A stretch of DNA of 64,000 nucleotides from Ignavibacteria bacterium (GCA_016844745.1 JAERMQ010000009.1:7184-71183); one strand, 5' to 3'. Numbered from the stretch's first letter, positions 8,038 to 18,847 are shown. Program-made: numbers and translations. Notes: generated by a model from the letters alone, not told the origin.

Positions 8038-11000
8038 TTATTTATTTACTACAAATTTCCTGATTATCATTTCACTTTCATTCTGCAACATAATCAAATA
8101 AATACCATTTGTTATTTTGCTAAGGTCAATTTGCTTTCTATATGTGTCTTCGGTCAGATTAATGTTTTCTTCATATATGGATTCTCCAAGCAAAGTCATT
8201 AATTTTAACTTCATTTTAGAAGGATTTATTGTATTATATTCAATATTCAGGACATTTCCAGTTGGAATCGGATATATTTTTAATTTATTCGCTGTAATTT
8301 GTGTTTCAACTACATCAGTTGTAAAATAATATGGGTCGGAAAATACCGAACAGCCGTTTAAATCCGTATATTTAACTTTGTAAAAGCCTGTTTTTTCTGA
8401 CGTATAATATTGATAAACAGCATAAGTTATTAATGAATCCTTGTAATACCATTGATTACCCGTCGAATAATTCGATGCCAAATCAGTACCGCCACGCGTT
8501 ATAATCGGTTTTTCCGGTAGTTTATTGATAATTATGCTTTGCGAAGTGGAATCTTTAAAACCACTTTGTAGTATTGTTTGAACCACTTTAATCGAACCTG
8601 TTCCTGCTAGACCCCAATTGACTATAATGGAATCTTTGGTATTCGAACCGCTAATGGAGCCTCCTGTCACCGTCCAAACATTAACAGCGCCAGACTTTTT
8701 AGTAGTTTTATAATTCTCAATATCATATTCGCAAGCCGGTGATTTACCTAATATTGTAGGCTTTAATGAATTTGTAATTGTAACGTGTTGAAAAGCAGAA
8801 TCTACACAACCTGTTGCGGTAACAATCTGCAATAAATTAATTGTACCAACTCCAACGCTTCCCCATGTTACGGTTATTGAAGAATTTGTTGTAGAACCGT
8901 TGATAATGCCTCCGACTACCGACCAATTATTGGAAATACTGATATTATTTAATGTTTCATAAGTTTTCGTGCTATTTGGTAAGATAGTGAATTCCCCGGT
9001 TATTGTGGGTGTTGGTAGTTGATTTACTGTAACGGGGATTTCGATTGAGTCCGCACATCCTGTTGATGAAATAGTTTGAATTAACTTGACATTACCTATT
9101 CCGGCATTTCCCCATTTTATTACAACAGAATTTATTGTTGATGAGCCTAAAATTGCACCATTAGTGACTCTCCATCGATTAACTGTTCCCGCTTGAGTAT
9201 CCGTCTTATATTGGGCAACACTTTTAGCACATAAAGAAGTATCTCCGGTAATTTTTGGAACTGGCAGGGGATTGATCATTACTTCAAAATTAGTGGAATC
9301 TTTGCAGCCTTCGTTACTTTTTTGAATTAGGATTACTGTCCCTGAACTGGCTGATGACCATAATATATTGACAAAAGTACCTGATGTCGAACCTTGAATT
9401 GTTCCTCCTATAACATTCCATGTACAAGAAGTAACTGTGGTTATTGTGTTAGATGTAAAAGAGGAAATACTATTCGCACAAACTTTTGTAAGTCCGGTTA
9501 TAACAGGAACAGGCAAAGGACTGATTGTAATTTGCTTAGATGTAGAATCACGGCACCCGGTTAAATTATTTGATTGAATTAAATATATTGTGCCGCTGCG
9601 GGCATTATTCCATAGAATATTTACAAAAGTTGAAGATGCACTGCCCTGTATTGTTCCCTGTATTACCGACCATAGACAGGAAACTCCTACCGATGATGTA
9701 GCGCTATATAAACTTATATTACCGGTACACACAGATGTGCTTCCCGTTATATTCGGCTTTGGTAATGGATTTATTATTATGGCTGTTTTTATTGAATCCC
9801 TGCAATTATTATAAATATTGGTTTGAGTAAGGGTAATAGTGCCGCTTGGAGAACTTCCCCAAGTAACATTAATAAAATTTGAAGAAGTGGAACCGGTGAT
9901 TGTACCGCTTGATACATACCATTGATTTAAAACATCAACAGGTGTAGAGCATGAGTAGATGTATGGATTCGTTTCGCAGACCGATGTCTGACCATTAATT
10001 GAAGGTGATGGCTTAGAAAGAATAGTAATATTACTTCCATTGTCCGAACCTGTAACAATTGGGGAGGAAGAAACAACTCGAATCCTATAACCCGAACCTA
10101 TTGGTGTATTTGTTGGTATCGCTACAGAAATAGTCCCGGAGCTGGTTCCTACAACAGAACCAATCATCACAGGACTACCGAAACTGCCGGATGAATTTGA
10201 TAATTGAACGGTGAAGGTATTGGATGAATTATATGTTCCAGTGATTGTAAATGGAATTACTAAATAATCTCCGGAACAAAAACTACTACCGCTTAAATTT
10301 CCGATATTGATGGATGATACATCCATAAGTCCTATTGTATGATTACCTCCGGACTTAATTTCAGACCATTTAGAACTATTGCCTATCCGAACAGGTGAGC
10401 TTTTACTTGTTGTTGTACCGTCGCCTAATTGTCCAATATTGTTCCAGCCAAAAGCCCACAAAGTACCATCATTTTTGATACTAAATGTACTATTAAAACC
10501 ACATGAAACATTTGCCCAATTTGTACTACTTCCGATTTGAAAAGGGGAATGTTTTTCAGTTATCGTACCATCACCTAATTGTCCATTATTATTTAATCCC
10601 CAAGACCATATAGAGCCGTCACTTTTTTTGGCAATTGAGTGGTAGCTACCGCAGGAAACCAATACCCAATTTGTATCACTACCGATTTGTATTGGGGAAT
10701 TTTTTTGTATAGTTGTTCCATCACCTAATTGACCTGAACCATTACTACCCCATGCCCATAATGTGCCATCGTTTTTAACACCAAGGGAAAAATCAAGTCC
10801 GCCGGAAACAGAGACCCAATTTGTATCGGCTTCGATTTGAACCGGGTAATTTATATCAATGGTTGTACCATCTCCTAGTTGTCCGAAACTATTTAATCCC
10901 CAAGCCCATAAAGAGCCATTACTCTTTATGGCAAGAGAATGGTCGCCACCGCAGGAAACTTTTACCCAATCAGTACTGCTTCCGATTTGCACTGGATTGG

Positions 11001-11445
11001 TTTTCGTTGTAGTAGTGCCATCTCCAAGCTGCCCATCGATATTTAATCCCCAAGCCCATAAAGTGCCATCGTTTTTAATTGCATGAGTATGTGCACTTCC
11101 ACATGATATTGATAGCCAATTTGTTCCGGAACCGATTTGTACCGGGGAAATCTTGTTTGTTGTGCTGCCATCACCTAACTGTCCGTAGTCATTAATTCCC
11201 CATGCCCACAACGAACCGTCACTTTTAATAGCAATGGTAAATTCTTCACCGCAAGAGGATTTAATCCAATTTGTGGCAGCGCCGATTTGCGTTGGCGAGT
11301 ATTTTACATCTGTTGTACCGTCGCCCAACTGTCCATAGTTATTAGCGCCCCATCCAAACAAAGCATAATTATTTTGCGAAAAAGCAAAGAAAGGGATTAG
11401 ACATAATATTATAAGAAATGAAAAGAAAGTTGTCAAGATTTTCAT
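8038..11445 (-). CDS. Large T9SS-secreted protein: N-terminal RCC1-like beta-propeller repeats, about 7 tandem ~80-aa Ig/PKD-like repeats, and a T9SS C-terminal domain
   Basis: Repeated YGQLGDGTT...S.G..H..A motifs (RCC1). Repeated NPLP.P.ITG...W.V.GG.I.GS...V.WG..G.G.I.L.Q....GC.DS modules. C-terminal KIYPIPTGNVLNIEY...GIYLIMLQ sorting domain. Signal peptide present. Confidence 0.75.
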   Translation of the reverse strand: MKILTTFFSFLIILCLIPFFAFSQNNYALFGWGANNYGQLGDGTTDVKYSPTQIGAATNWIKSSCGEEFTIAIKSDGSLWAWGINDYGQLGDGSTTNKISPVQIGSGTNWLSISCGSAHTHAIKNDGTLWAWGLNIDGQLGDGTTTTKTNPVQIGSSTDWVKVSCGGDHSLAIKSNGSLWAWGLNSFGQLGDGTTIDINYPVQIEADTNWVSVSGGLDFSLGVKNDGTLWAWGSNGSGQLGDGTTIQKNSPIQIGSDTNWVLVSCGSYHSIAKKSDGSIWSWGLNNNGQLGDGTITEKHSPFQIGSSTNWANVSCGFNSTFSIKNDGTLWAFGWNNIGQLGDGTTTSKSSPVRIGNSSKWSEIKSGGNHTIGLMDVSSINIGNLSGSSFCSGDYLVIPFTITGTYNSSNTFTVQLSNSSGSFGSPVMIGSVVGTSSGTISVAIPTNTPIGSGYRIRVVSSSPIVTGSDNGSNITILSKPSPSINGQTSVCETNPYIYSCSTPVDVLNQWYVSSGTITGSTSSNFINVTWGSSPSGTITLTQTNIYNNCRDSIKTAIIINPLPKPNITGSTSVCTGNISLYSATSSVGVSCLWSVIQGTIQGSASSTFVNILWNNARSGTIYLIQSNNLTGCRDSTSKQITISPLPVPVITGLTKVCANSISSFTSNTITTVTSCTWNVIGGTIQGSTSGTFVNILWSSASSGTVILIQKSNEGCKDSTNFEVMINPLPVPKITGDTSLCAKSVAQYKTDTQAGTVNRWRVTNGAILGSSTINSVVIKWGNAGIGNVKLIQTISSTGCADSIEIPVTVNQLPTPTITGEFTILPNSTKTYETLNNISISNNWSVVGGIINGSTTNSSITVTWGSVGVGTINLLQIVTATGCVDSAFQHVTITNSLKPTILGKSPACEYDIENYKTTKKSGAVNVWTVTGGSISGSNTKDSIIVNWGLAGTGSIKVVQTILQSGFKDSTSQSIIINKLPEKPIITRGGTDLASNYSTGNQWYYKDSLITYAVYQYYTSEKTGFYKVKYTDLNGCSVFSDPYYFTTDVVETQITANKLKIYPIPTGNVLNIEYNTINPSKMKLKLMTLLGESIYEENINLTEDTYRKQIDLSKITNGIYLIMLQNESEMIIRKFVVNK

Positions 11446-11502
11446 AAGATACTCCTGATGATATGAATTAGTATTAAGATTCCTTTATTTTAAATTAATA
11501 TT

Positions 11503-11600
11503 GTCTGAACCACTGATTAATCTGATTAAATGATTTCATTGATTATTAAATATACTTTATCTGAGTAATCCATAAATCAGTTTAATCAGTGGTTCAGACG
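11503..11600. repeat. Family C palindromic element (~98 bp, 18-bp terminal inverted repeats gtctgaaccactgattaa), copy 1
   Basis: Read directly. A second full copy lies at 12449-12546, with partial copies at 12270-12302 and 43613-43660. Confidence 0.8.
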
Positions 11601-11617
11601 ATTTGCTACAATTCAAA

Positions 11618-11827
11618 TTATAATGCTATTTTAGAAATGTAGTTATTAATCTTTCTTACATTTCTAATGATAATTTTTTTATCAGTATCCTTCTTTAATT
11701 GCTCAAGCAAATCTTCGAGCATAAACTCAATTCTGGTTTTCTCCCTTGCAAGTGCATAATAAGCCCTGAACTCAGGATTTTGCATCTGCTGTTCCAGATA
11801 TTCATCATGTTTAGTTTTTCTGTTCAT
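11618..11827 (-). CDS. HigA-like antitoxin (putative 'addiction module antidote' type small protein)
   Basis: 69 aa with a NPEFRAYYALAREKTRIEF motif that resembles the antidote-protein family. It lies immediately downstream of a Gp49/HigB-like toxin gene. Confidence 0.5.
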   Translation of the reverse strand: MNRKTKHDEYLEQQMQNPEFRAYYALAREKTRIEFMLEDLLEQLKKDTDKKIIIRNVRKINNYISKIAL

Positions 11828-11872
11828 TTCTTTTATTATTTATATAAAACTTTTTGAATTTTATTGCCTTTT

Positions 11873-12202
11873 CTAATTCACTTCTGGGTGTTTCTTCTGT
11901 TTTTTTAAAAATCCATTTGTAAATATAACCATTTTTTCTCTTTGAAAAAAGTATAATGACCTTGGTATTCTATTTGAATGCCGTACTCTTAATTCAAATA
12001 TACCCTCTTTCAAAAATTTTGATAATTTATTTGATAAATTAATATTATTACTTAGTCTATCTTTCAGTTCCTCTATAGCTGAGATAATTTCTGCTCGTTC
12101 CTGAAGGGTCAAAGAATCTAAAAATTCCTTAAAAGGAATCTTCCCACTCTCAAGTTGATAATAATCTATATCAAAATATTCTACATTAACATAAAATCTA
12201 AT
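11873..12202 (-). CDS. RelE/HigB-like toxin of the phage Gp49-like family; the frame is open to 12202 but has no canonical start codon
   Basis: GIFELRVRHSNRIPRSLYFF...VIFTNGFLKKQKKHP matches the Gp49-like toxin pattern (..ELR....R..YF....ll.GF.KKtqK.P). The annotated Met gives only 79 aa, but the in-frame upstream extension (…SGKIPFKEFLDSLTLQERAEII) is also family-like. No ATG/GTG/TTG occurs in that extension, so there may be a frameshift or a non-canonical start. Confidence 0.55.
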   Translation of the reverse strand: MRFYVNVEYFDIDYYQLESGKIPFKEFLDSLTLQERAEIISAIEELKDRLSNNINLSNKLSKFLKEGIFELRVRHSNRIPRSLYFFQREKMVIFTNGFLKKQKKHPEVN

Positions 12203-12448
12203 TTAAGGTTAATAAAAAATATACAAAACATTCAAACAAATTCAAAGTATCTTTTTCTTTCAACCATGCAATCCTTAAATTCGTTTAATCAGTGGTTCTG
12301 ATGACTTTTTAACTTCTCATCTCAAGTTGTATTTTTATCTCAAATCGCTGATTGTAAGCCACTTGTTTTAACTTCTTAAAGATATTTTAATTGAATTAAT
12401 TTTAATAGCATAAATTTAACCAAGATTTTTTAATAATCCAAATGAAAA

Positions 12449-12546
12449 TTGTCTGAACCACTGATTAATCTGATTAAATGATTTCATTGATTAGAAAAAA
12501 ACTAATCTGTGTAATCCTTTAATCCGTATAATCTGTGATTCGGACA
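12449..12546. repeat. Family C palindromic element, copy 2 (right inverted repeat degenerate)
   Basis: About 90% identical to 11503-11600 over the left ~45 bp. The two copies bracket the HigB/HigA module. Confidence 0.75.
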
Positions 12547-12695
12547 CCTAATCCACTTTTGCAGAAGTGTATTTTTTTCGTAAATTGCTTAGTTATGGTA
12601 TATTAGTAAGGATAATTTTGAAAACGAGAAAAAAGAAGAAGCAAATTTAAATTTCAATAAAAAAAAATAATGATTTATATTAAATTAGGAGAATA

Positions 12696-14126
12696 ATGAA
12701 CCCAGAAAACCCTGCACAGAAAAGCGGCTTCAGAAGCCTGCCGAAAACTTATTGGATTGCAATTATTTTTGAATTTTTCGAACGAGGCTCATACTACGGT
12801 ATGATGAGCATCCTTTCGGTTTACCTTACAGACCAATTGAATTTTTCAAAGGAAGGAGTTGGTGTAATTAAAGGTACAATCCAACCACTTCTCTACTTCT
12901 TACCGATAATCAGCGGAGCCGTTGCTGATAAGCTCGGTTATAGAAAAATGCTTATGGTGGCATTTACACTGCTTTCAGGTGGATATTTCCTTACTTTCGG
13001 TTCCGATTCTTATGTTACTGTATTCCTTGCACTTGTTGTAATGGGAATTGGTGCAGGGTCATTCAAGCCTGTCATTTCAGGTACTATTGCAAAGTTGACA
13101 GATGAAAAGACGAATACCCTGGGTTTTGGAATTTTTTACTGGTCGATTAATCTGGGTGCTTTTCTTTTCCCAATGTTTTTAGTACCTTATTTAAAGTCCT
13201 TTTCCTGGAGCTATGTTATTCTTGCATCTTCTATAACAACCGGATTAATGCTGCTCCCAACGATATTCCTTTATAAGGAACCGCCGAGAGCAGAAATTAA
13301 AAAAGAGCCACTGCTCGTTATCATCAAGGATGTTTTCTCGAAAATGCTCATGGTTATTAAAGATTGGCGTTATATTTTATTTATTTTTATTTATTCCGGC
13401 TTTTGGATTCTTTATTTCCAGATGTTCGATTCGGTGCTATGGTACGTAAATTTATTCGTTGACCCATCAGCGCTCGAAAATTTTGTATTTAATACAACCG
13501 GAATTACCTGGCGTTTCGGTGTTGAGCACGTTACAGTAATTAATGCATTAACGATAATTCTGCTGCAACTTGTCGTATCCTCAATCGTAAGCAAAACAAA
13601 ACCGCTACCGACAATAATAACAGGTATTACCTTGGGTAGCATTGGTATGGGGATTTTGGCAATAAATACTAATATCTGGATTTTCATTATTGGAATAACT
13701 ATTTTTTCAATAGGTGAAATGACCGCACATCCGAAGTATTTATCATATCTTGCACTAATAGCTCCGCCTGACAAAAAGGCGACATATACAGGCTTCGGAT
13801 TTTTATATGGCTTCTTTGGTTCTTTTGTAGGGGGTTATTTGGGAGCATTTCTGTATGTTAGGTTTGTAGATAATCCTATGATTGAATTCATACGGGAAAC
13901 ATTAATTGTCAAATCATCCAATATTGTACTTGCCCATAACGTCAAAATAGGTGAAGCGCTTCAGGCTGCATATAAAATCGGGTTAACTAAAGCCGAAGTT
14001 GCTTTACATGCAAATACATCCGAACTATGGCTGATATTTAGCGGTATAGGAGTTTTGACAATAATCGGATTATTGCTATATCAAAAATTAATTGCTGCGC
14101 CCGGGATAAGGGAGAATCGGAAATAG
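12696..14126 (+). CDS. POT/PTR2-family proton-dependent oligopeptide transporter (MFS)
   Basis: The FFERGSYYGM signature (ExxERFxYYG) is present. 476 aa, multi-TM. Confidence 0.85.
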   Translation: MNPENPAQKSGFRSLPKTYWIAIIFEFFERGSYYGMMSILSVYLTDQLNFSKEGVGVIKGTIQPLLYFLPIISGAVADKLGYRKMLMVAFTLLSGGYFLTFGSDSYVTVFLALVVMGIGAGSFKPVISGTIAKLTDEKTNTLGFGIFYWSINLGAFLFPMFLVPYLKSFSWSYVILASSITTGLMLLPTIFLYKEPPRAEIKKEPLLVIIKDVFSKMLMVIKDWRYILFIFIYSGFWILYFQMFDSVLWYVNLFVDPSALENFVFNTTGITWRFGVEHVTVINALTIILLQLVVSSIVSKTKPLPTIITGITLGSIGMGILAINTNIWIFIIGITIFSIGEMTAHPKYLSYLALIAPPDKKATYTGFGFLYGFFGSFVGGYLGAFLYVRFVDNPMIEFIRETLIVKSSNIVLAHNVKIGEALQAAYKIGLTKAEVALHANTSELWLIFSGIGVLTIIGLLLYQKLIAAPGIRENRK

Positions 14127-14141
14127 ATGAATTAAAACGAA

Positions 14142-14224
14142 CCAAGAGAAACCCCCTAACCCCCTTTAAAAAAGGGGGAAATTCTATCCCCCTTTTTTAA
14201 AGGGGGTTAGGGGGTTTCTCTTGG
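14142..14224. repeat. GC-rich nested 'core' palindrome (ccaagagaaaccccctaaccccc ... gggggttagggggtttctcttgg)
   Basis: Perfect 23-bp outer arms enclosing two ccccc-ttt/aaa-ggggg sub-hairpins. It stands out against roughly 35% GC background. Sits between the POT stop and the next gene start. Confidence 0.85.
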
Positions 14225-14263
14225 TTAAAAGGATGTGAGTATATAACAATCAATAATTTAATA

Positions 14264-17200
14264 ATGTCGGGATTGAGAATTATTAAAATAAATATTAAAT
14301 CAAAAATAAACAAAATACTTGGTATTATCTACGAGGCATTATACTTTATTATTTTCGGTATTTTGGGTATTGCCCTGATAGCATCTGCATCGATGATGGT
14401 GCTTTCGAAAACAGAAAAATTTATGGGCTGGTCGAGGGAATTTATTCTTTCGAAAGTTAATGAAAATTTACTTGGCGAGCTGAAGTTTTCGGATTTTAAA
14501 ATCGGTATGAAGGATGGCTTCCAATTTTCGGATGTCGTTCTGACGGCAGCAGGGGATACGGTGCTTTATGCAAAGAGGATTACTCTCGATGCAGAATATT
14601 TCCCATTATTGGATAGCAAAGCAATTATTAACAAAGTATCGGCAGAAAACCTGCGATTCAAATTATTACGCTCTGCTAAGGATAGTATCTGGAATGTTGA
14701 AAAAATTGCCAAACCTAAAGATGATACGGCAAAGCCTGAAATGCCTGATTGGTTGATTAGTATCGTTAAAGGGAATATAACAAACGGCGCTGTTTTTGTT
14801 ATAGACTCAACTATTAATCCCTGGCAAAAATTTGCACCGGAACGATTATTATTAGAAAATTTCAATTTAAATTTTACATCGAAAGTTTTCTTAAAGGAAT
14901 TGAAGTTTGCAACAGAGATACGTTCCATGTCATTCTTTGAGCGACATTCGGGCATCCGGCTATTGGATGGAGCATTAGCCCTCGATTTGGACCAAAAGCA
15001 TTTTAACATAAAAAAAGTATATCTGAAGACAGATGCCAGCACTATTTCAGCAAATTTACTTGTCGATTCAATCAATATTTTCGATGAAAAAATGCCTGAA
15101 AACTTCCATAAAGCTGAAATCTCCTGCTCTGTTGACAGAAGCGAGATTAGCCCTTCTGATTTGGAAAAGTTTACCGACTTACCTGTTCAGCTTAAAGGTT
15201 TATTCAAGGTAAAGTTTGAAGCCAAGGGTAAACCGGATAATATAAAAATATTACAATTAAAACTTTCGGCATATAATTCCGAATTCAATATATCATGCTA
15301 TATTAAAAATGCCCTTCATCCGGAAAAAATTCAATATAATATTGAATGCAATAAATCAAAACTTATTAAAAAGGATTTGATTGAGATTCTTCCTCAGCTC
15401 AAAAGCGATGAACTGCCCGAATTCGGGGAATTGTTAATTAAAAAAATGTCCGTAACCGGTAGTGTGGATTCAGCTTCTTTTTCAACTAACCTCGAAAGTG
15501 AATTGGGTAAGGTTGATGGAGTTTTTAACTTTGGATTTAATGGGGACAATCCTAATTATTCCGGAAATTTTGTTATTGAAAAATTTATTCCCGAAAAAAT
15601 TATTAAAATACCTCAATTATCGGGTTTTGTCAATCTGAAAGCCGAGTTCAGGGGTTCCGGGTTCGACTATAAGAATATGAATGCGAGCATTGCACTTATT
15701 GCTTACGATTCGAAAATATCGAATGTTGACTTTAAATCAGCTAACATTAAAGCCAGGATTGAAAGCAATGCAGATATAATACTTGATTCGCTCGATATAT
15801 TATTCACAAACGAACATGAGTCTGAAAGCAATAATTCCGATGAAAAATCAAGATTATTAGCCAATGGGAGACTGTCAATAGGAGATATGAATAATCCTGT
15901 TTATAATCTCAATGCGTCTTATTCAGCACTTGATTTAAAGAAAATCTCCGGGACAAGTACTGCTCCCAACTATCTATCCGGTACTACAAAAATAAAAGGT
16001 TCCGGATTTATATTAGACAGTATCCGGCTTGATTTCTCGTCTCGCATCAATTCATGTGTGTTAGGCGACCGTTCCATGATGCCATTCGGAATTGAAGTTA
16101 AAGTCCAACGCGGTACCGGTATGACAAGGAGCCTGTTGCTAAACTCAGATTTTGTCAATGCTTCACTGGTTGGAAATTTCTCTTTCGACGGATTGATTTC
16201 ACTATTAAATTCACAAGCCAGGAATTTAACGGATTTCATTCGAAAGAGATTAAAACCGGTAAATCAGGAAACCGATGACGGAAGTGATACAACTGAGATT
16301 GCTCAATCGAATCCGGCATTAGCATTCGAAAATTGTGATGCTAATGTAAATGTTGAAATTCGGGATGTATCTGTTTTGGGCGCTTTTCTTGACAATATCA
16401 CAATTAATAATAAAACCAGGTTGTCGGCAAAAATTATTTCCGGTGCAAACGAAAGCAGACTTACAATTGATTCAATGATAGTGGATGAATTAAATATCAA
16501 AACTAAGGATTTGAAACTCATCTCTGAACCCATCAAATTAAGTGGCGGATATAAAATTATTATTAAAGATTCTATTGCTAAGCCGGAGAATATCAATTTC
16601 AATTTGCAATCCCGCGGTAAAATTTTAATTAACGATTTGTCGTTATCGGCTATCTCTACAAAATTTAATTTATCCGGTAATACCGCTAATCTGCTGATTG
16701 ATTCCAAAATCAATAATATTATCGGTGTCTATACGGATGGAATAATAGACTTTGCCCAGGACAGCGTTACTCTTTTGCTTGATTCGACTAAAGTAACTTA
16801 CAATAAGACTTATGAATGGCATTCCAAAAGAAATTCAAATAAAATAAGTTACGGAAGAAACGGGCTTGCAATTTACTCGCTTGCTTTTATGCGGAATCAT
16901 TCGGAAAGCATTGCTGTTAGCGGCAGGCTGAAAAACAACGAAGCTCAAAATTTTAATCTGTGTTTAAATAATTTCAATCTGAAAACTATACTTCCATTCA
17001 TTCCCGAAGGTCAGAAGTCATTATTTGAATCACTGAAAGGTAATATTGATTCCGTAAATATTTCCGTTAACGGTCATTTGGATTCTCCTGACATTATTAC
17101 ATCTTTTAAAGGCTCGAATATCGGTTATAACGGGGTTGATTTAGGCTCGCTCAATGCGCAGATTTTACATAATAATACCCGGATTACAGGAAATATCAAG

Positions 17201-18847
17201 TTAAGTAATACCAAACGTCCTGATTTGCTTCAGGTAGCTATTGCATCATTCCCATTAGATTTATCTGCTAAACCTCAGGGTGAACGCATTCACAAACGTT
17301 GTCCTATAGATGTACATTTGTCAACAAAGAATTTACCGCTCGAAATTGCTTCGCCATTCGCAGTCGCTGTTAAGAATTTAAAAGGAACAGCCGATGCAGA
17401 TTTATTCTTGCTTTGTTCATCGCTCGAGCAACCGGACTATCACGGGAAAATCAATTTCTATAAGACATCATTTATTTTAGAACCAACTAATCTCGCTTAT
17501 TCTGCCGAAGGAGAAGTAAATATTGTAAAGGATAAAATTCTTCTGAATAATATTAAGTTCGAGAACTCGGGCGGCTCTTCCCGTAAGGGTAAAGGAAAGG
17601 TAAGCGGCAAAATTACATTTACAGATTTAGCCCTCGATAATATTGATATTGAAGTAACTGCTGATAAGTTGCTCGTACTGAGCGATGAGAGTATTAAAAC
17701 CATGCCAACGCTCTATGGAGAATTTATTGTATCCACTGGCGAGAATCCTTTACACTTATACGGTTCGCCAACAGAACCTAATTTGGAAGGCGATATAAAT
17801 ATTATTACTGCACACCTGAACATGCCGCAGTTGGGGGGGAGTCAGCAAATCCGGACAAATATGCTCTATCGGAAAAAAGGTGAACCTCTAATTATAAAAT
17901 CCGAAAAAGGTTCAGGTGATAGTTTAACAGTATCTTCCGGTACAATAACTCAACCGAAAAATATAAAACATCAATCGCAGTCGAAGAATATCGGCGAACT
18001 TTTGAATATTGATTTGAATATTAAATTCATAGGGCAATTCTTTATTAATATTGATTTGGGAACATTATCCCAGTTTAATGCCGAAATTGCAACTAAAGAT
18101 AAAACTTCCCCTGTGCGTTTTTCCAAAGAGCGTACGAATCCTGCTGCGTATCTTACGGGTAATGAACTTGTCGTTGTTAAAGGTTCGACGATAAAAATAG
18201 GCAAAACCCTTTATCCAAGCGGCAATATCTTTTTCCCTACAGGACAAATTGACAATCCGGGTTTGAATTTAACTGCCGAATATTCCGGACAAATTCAGCA
18301 AAAAAGCTTAACAAAGAACTTTACTGTTTTGGTTTATATAACGGGAACTAAGGATAAGCCCAATCTTAAATTTTCCTATATATTGGATAATAGGGAGGTT
18401 GAAGGTGACTCAACTCAAATAACACAGGATGCATTATTTCTCCTGCTTTTCAATAAAATGAAAGCGGATTTCTTCGAAAGCGGCTCCGGTGAGAACCTGA
18501 TGAGTAATGTCGGTTCGAGTTTGCAGAGTTCCGGAATGAATGTCTTGTCATCATTTGCGTCTAAATATCTGACGGATGTTCTGGGTAATTCATATTTTAT
18601 TAAAAATGCCGAAATCAGCTTCCAGGGCACCGATGCCAAATTAAAATTAGATGGACAGCTTGTCGGTGATTTACGATGGAAGGCAAGCGGCAACATTGCG
18701 GATTTAGCTAATAATAACGAATTTTCAATCGAGGTGCCGTTGGATGTATTTCTATTCCAGGTAACGCATACGACTAATCAAACCCAGACAGCAACAATTG
18801 GCAAAAAGGATTGGGAAGTGAAGATAAAAACCGGGTTTTCATGGTGA
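14264..18847 (+). CDS. TamB/AsmA-like giant inner-membrane-anchored protein (translocation and assembly module-like)
   Basis: 1527 aa with an N-terminal TM anchor and a long, mostly beta-rich body. The size and architecture are typical of TamB-like proteins. No catalytic motifs. Confidence 0.45.
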   Translation: MSGLRIIKINIKSKINKILGIIYEALYFIIFGILGIALIASASMMVLSKTEKFMGWSREFILSKVNENLLGELKFSDFKIGMKDGFQFSDVVLTAAGDTVLYAKRITLDAEYFPLLDSKAIINKVSAENLRFKLLRSAKDSIWNVEKIAKPKDDTAKPEMPDWLISIVKGNITNGAVFVIDSTINPWQKFAPERLLLENFNLNFTSKVFLKELKFATEIRSMSFFERHSGIRLLDGALALDLDQKHFNIKKVYLKTDASTISANLLVDSINIFDEKMPENFHKAEISCSVDRSEISPSDLEKFTDLPVQLKGLFKVKFEAKGKPDNIKILQLKLSAYNSEFNISCYIKNALHPEKIQYNIECNKSKLIKKDLIEILPQLKSDELPEFGELLIKKMSVTGSVDSASFSTNLESELGKVDGVFNFGFNGDNPNYSGNFVIEKFIPEKIIKIPQLSGFVNLKAEFRGSGFDYKNMNASIALIAYDSKISNVDFKSANIKARIESNADIILDSLDILFTNEHESESNNSDEKSRLLANGRLSIGDMNNPVYNLNASYSALDLKKISGTSTAPNYLSGTTKIKGSGFILDSIRLDFSSRINSCVLGDRSMMPFGIEVKVQRGTGMTRSLLLNSDFVNASLVGNFSFDGLISLLNSQARNLTDFIRKRLKPVNQETDDGSDTTEIAQSNPALAFENCDANVNVEIRDVSVLGAFLDNITINNKTRLSAKIISGANESRLTIDSMIVDELNIKTKDLKLISEPIKLSGGYKIIIKDSIAKPENINFNLQSRGKILINDLSLSAISTKFNLSGNTANLLIDSKINNIIGVYTDGIIDFAQDSVTLLLDSTKVTYNKTYEWHSKRNSNKISYGRNGLAIYSLAFMRNHSESIAVSGRLKNNEAQNFNLCLNNFNLKTILPFIPEGQKSLFESLKGNIDSVNISVNGHLDSPDIITSFKGSNIGYNGVDLGSLNAQILHNNTRITGNIKLSNTKRPDLLQVAIASFPLDLSAKPQGERIHKRCPIDVHLSTKNLPLEIASPFAVAVKNLKGTADADLFLLCSSLEQPDYHGKINFYKTSFILEPTNLAYSAEGEVNIVKDKILLNNIKFENSGGSSRKGKGKVSGKITFTDLALDNIDIEVTADKLLVLSDESIKTMPTLYGEFIVSTGENPLHLYGSPTEPNLEGDINIITAHLNMPQLGGSQQIRTNMLYRKKGEPLIIKSEKGSGDSLTVSSGTITQPKNIKHQSQSKNIGELLNIDLNIKFIGQFFINIDLGTLSQFNAEIATKDKTSPVRFSKERTNPAAYLTGNELVVVKGSTIKIGKTLYPSGNIFFPTGQIDNPGLNLTAEYSGQIQQKSLTKNFTVLVYITGTKDKPNLKFSYILDNREVEGDSTQITQDALFLLLFNKMKADFFESGSGENLMSNVGSSLQSSGMNVLSSFASKYLTDVLGNSYFIKNAEISFQGTDAKLKLDGQLVGDLRWKASGNIADLANNNEFSIEVPLDVFLFQVTHTTNQTQTATIGKKDWEVKIKTGFSW

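Noticed and set aside
10859-11086. Apparent internal direct repeat (VVPSPSCP…NPQAHK twice) suggesting a mobile-element insertion in the 1135-aa gene
   Set aside because: This is the opposite-strand reflection of consecutive RCC1 repeats encoded by near-identical DNA, an intragenic repeat rather than an insertion.
14264-18847. The 1527-aa protein as a polymorphic toxin or giant adhesin
   Set aside because: It has no RHS/YD repeats, no toxin tip and no T9SS CTD. The N-terminal TM anchor and long beta-rich body fit TamB/AsmA-like proteins better.
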